Positions 61,726 to 64,000 of a stretch of DNA of 64,000 bases are shown in pieces. The position numbers and the translations under genes were made by a program. Source of the stretch: Nanobdellota archaeon (GTDB lineage: Archaea > Nanobdellota > Nanobdellia > Pacearchaeales > GW2011-AR1); contig JBBSYF010000001.1 in NCBI GenBank assembly GCA_038045405.1, forward strand, positions 1,832 to 65,831, read 5' to 3'. The notes under the pieces are model-generated. The model searched no databases. It was given only the letters and a program-made list of their open reading frames with translations, and was not told where the DNA came from. Every line of letters starts with the position of its first letter. The stretch's first letter is position 1.

Positions 61726-62352
61726 ATGTTAAACAAGAAAGAAACCATTTCGATTGTTATTGCAACCATAATTCTCACACTGGCAGTAAGTTTTTTTAAT
61801 GGAATAGAAACTTTTCTTTTTGCACTTCTTTCTGTTTTTCTTGTGGTTTTCATAAATGTTCTCGCTAAAAAGATTGGAAGTTTTTATATGGATTCTGAAA
61901 TAGAAATTGAATTGTGGAAAGTACAAAGATTTGGACTCAGACCTGGACAACACCTTAATAGACCTTTTCCAGCAGGAATATTCCTTCCAATAATCTTTGG
62001 GATTTTATCTCTTGGGAGATTTGTGTGGATGGCTGCTCTTACCTTCGAAGTAAAACCTAAAGCATACCGAGCTGCAAAAAGACATGGTCTTTATTCATAC
62101 TCTGAGATGACGGAGTCACATATAGGGTATATTGCTGCTGTTGGAATTTTCGCCAACTTAATATTTGCTTTCATTGGTTATCTTCTTGGTTTCTCAGAAT
62201 TCTCAAGATTGAACATCTATTATGTCTTCTTTAACATGCTTCCATTTTCCGACTTAGATGGAAATAAAATATTTTTCGGAAATATTGTCTTGTGGAGTTT
62301 GTTAGCAGCACTCTCATTAATAGGACTTAGTTATGCTTTCTTCCTTGTATAA
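61726..62352 (+). CDS. M50 (site-2 protease)-like membrane protein lacking HExxH
   Basis: The conserved 'NMLPFSDLDGNKIF' (NxxPxxxLDG) is present. At the position where HExxH is expected, the sequence reads 'FINVLAKKIG'. Confidence 0.5.
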   Translation: MLNKKETISIVIATIILTLAVSFFNGIETFLFALLSVFLVVFINVLAKKIGSFYMDSEIEIELWKVQRFGLRPGQHLNRPFPAGIFLPIIFGILSLGRFVWMAALTFEVKPKAYRAAKRHGLYSYSEMTESHIGYIAAVGIFANLIFAFIGYLLGFSEFSRLNIYYVFFNMLPFSDLDGNKIFFGNIVLWSLLAALSLIGLSYAFFLV

Positions 62353-62457
62353 TTCTTTAGAAAAAAGAATTTAATAAAAAAGATAAAGATTAACAAGAAG
62401 AAACATTATATAGGGGTTTATTGATTAACACTTATCTAAAAAAGATTTATCGTTAAT

Positions 62458-64000
62458 ATGGAATTTTTACAAAACGTTACTCCAAGAGAATATCAAAAAG
62501 CTATTCTTGAAACATGTATAAAAAAGAATTGCTTAGTAGTTCTTCCAACAGGGTTGGGAAAAACCCTCATTGCCCTTATGCTAACAATTGAAAGGATGAA
62601 ACAATTTCCGGGAGAGAAAGTTGTTTTTCTTGCTCCAACAAGACCTTTAGCAGAACAACATTTGAGATACTTCAAGGAATACCTTCCAGAACTCTTCGGA
62701 GATATGCAGTTATTTACTGGAGAGGTAGATGCTGCAAATAGAAAAAAGATATGGCAAACATCGGATATCATTTTCTCTACACCCCAGTGCATTGCAAATG
62801 ATGTAAAGAAGGGATTGTATGACCTAAAAGAAGTCTGTCTTCTAATTGAAGATGAAGCACATAGATGCATAAACAACTATGATTACAATTACGTTGCAGA
62901 AAGATACAAGAAGCAATCAACAAACCCTAGAATTCTTGGAATGACTGCTTCCCCAGGAAGTGAAGCACCTCGAATTAAAGAAATTTGTAGAAATCTTTCA
63001 ATAGAAGCCGTAGAGTTGCGTACGAGAGAGAGTCCTGATGTAAAAAATTATTTAAAAGAATTAGAAACAGAAAAAGTAATGGTTGATCTCCCGGAAGATT
63101 TTGTTAAGATGAGAGACTCTCTTCTGAGACTTTTCCAAGAGTACATCTCAGAGTTACGAGGAAGAAGAACTCTTTTTGGAGCTCCAACAAAATCTGAACT
63201 GATAAGACTCCAGAAAAAACTCTTCTTAGACATCGCGAAAGGAAATAAAAATTTTAACATTCTTCTTTCAGTCAGTGCATGTGCCCAAGCGATAAAGATA
63301 CAACACGCAATAGAACTTTTAGAAACACAAACTCACGCTGGATTTAACAAGTACCTTAAAGAGTTGTTCAGAAAGGCAGCAGCCAAAGAAAGTAAAGGTG
63401 TTGTTCGCCTTGTTTCAAAACCTGAATTTAATTATGTCTTCATGAAATCAAACGAAGCTCTTGCATCTGGTTTAGAGCATCCTAAAGTTCTGAAGTTGGT
63501 TGAACTTGTTACTTTAGAAAAAGAAAAAAACAAAGACGTAAAAATAATTGTCTTTACTCAATTTAGAGACACTGCAAAGATGATTTCTAGCAAGATAAAT
63601 GAGATTCAAGGTTTGCACTCGAAAGTTTTCGTTGGGCAAACAAAGAAAACAGATACGGAAACTAACAAAAAAACAGGAGTCAAAGACATATCTGGGTTGA
63701 GTCAAAAAGAACAGAGACAAGTGATAGTAGATTTCTCTTCTGGAAAAACTAATGTTTTGTGTGCCACTTCTATAGGAGAAGAGGGCTTAGACATCCCTGA
63801 AGTTAACATCGTAATATTTTACGAACCCGTTCCATCAGCAATCAGAACAATACAACGTGGAGGAAGAACAGCACGATTAATCGACGGAAAAATAATCATG
63901 CTAATAACAAGAAAAACCCGTGACGAAGCATACTTTTACATCTCAAAAGCAAAAGAGAAAAAGATGCATTCTGCGATAAGCTCAATTAAAGATGGTTTTA
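62458..64000 (+). CDS. hef: Hef/FANCM-type helicase, N-terminal part (runs off the window end)
   Basis: Hand translation from the ATG at 62458 gives 'REYQKAILETCIKKNCLVVLPTGLGKTLIA', 'IEDEAHRC' (DEAH box), 'LGMTASPG', 'VLCATSIGEEGLDIPE' and 'IQRGGRTAR'. The ORF is absent from the track because it has no stop within the window. Confidence 0.85.
   Translation, partial: MEFLQNVTPREYQKAILETCIKKNCLVVLPTGLGKTLIALMLTIERMKQFPGEKVVFLAPTRPLAEQHLRYFKEYLPELFGDMQLFTGEVDAANRKKIWQTSDIIFSTPQCIANDVKKGLYDLKEVCLLIEDEAHRCINNYDYNYVAERYKKQSTNPRILGMTASPGSEAPRIKEICRNLSIEAVELRTRESPDVKNYLKELETEKVMVDLPEDFVKMRDSLLRLFQEYISELRGRRTLFGAPTKSELIRLQKKLFLDIAKGNKNFNILLSVSACAQAIKIQHAIELLETQTHAGFNKYLKELFRKAAAKESKGVVRLVSKPEFNYVFMKSNEALASGLEHPKVLKLVELVTLEKEKNKDVKIIVFTQFRDTAKMISSKINEIQGLHSKVFVGQTKKTDTETNKKTGVKDISGLSQKEQRQVIVDFSSGKTNVLCATSIGEEGLDIPEVNIVIFYEPVPSAIRTIQRGGRTARLIDGKIIMLITRKTRDEAYFYISKAKEKKMHSAISSIKDGF

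Noticed and set aside
62493-63720. Three minus-strand ORFs (62493-62876, 63048-63260, 63514-63720)
   Set aside because: They are antisense to an open plus-strand frame with clear helicase motifs (Hef). That frame is missing from the track only because it has no stop inside the window.

Overview
This is an AT-rich archaeal chromosome segment. It carries TFB, RadA, RPA, GINS, aEF-1beta, aIF2-alpha, Nop10, L44e, S3Ae, S15, SRP54 and FtsY, and all assignments rest on reading the translated ORFs by eye. The small housekeeping proteins combined with giant surface proteins suggest a DPANN-type episymbiont, but that is inference only. Four things stand out beyond the housekeeping genes. (1) A minus-strand operon at 5215-14288 encodes a small RHH protein, a 626-aa protein with a pilin-type N-terminus, and a 2349-aa giant secreted protein whose C-terminal part looks like two bacterial cell-wall hydrolase modules (M15/LAS-like peptidase and SLT/lysozyme-like). 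(2) A 13-kb type IV pilus-like locus at 45579-58590 holds an A24 prepilin peptidase, about 10 pilin-like genes, a polytopic platform protein, a FlaI/VirB11-type ATPase, and a 1086-aa cysteine-rich protein with thrombospondin-type-1-like repeats. (3) There are three LAGLIDADG elements. One is an intein splitting the SRP54 P-loop. The other two are free-standing paralogs, and each reads directly into the 5' end of a tRNA gene and is flanked by a partial second tRNA copy. (4) Four of the five tRNA genes (Val, Gln, Thr, Arg) have partial 3'-end duplicates nearby. One of these brackets an MNT/HEPN toxin-antitoxin cassette. No rRNA genes or CRISPR arrays were seen.
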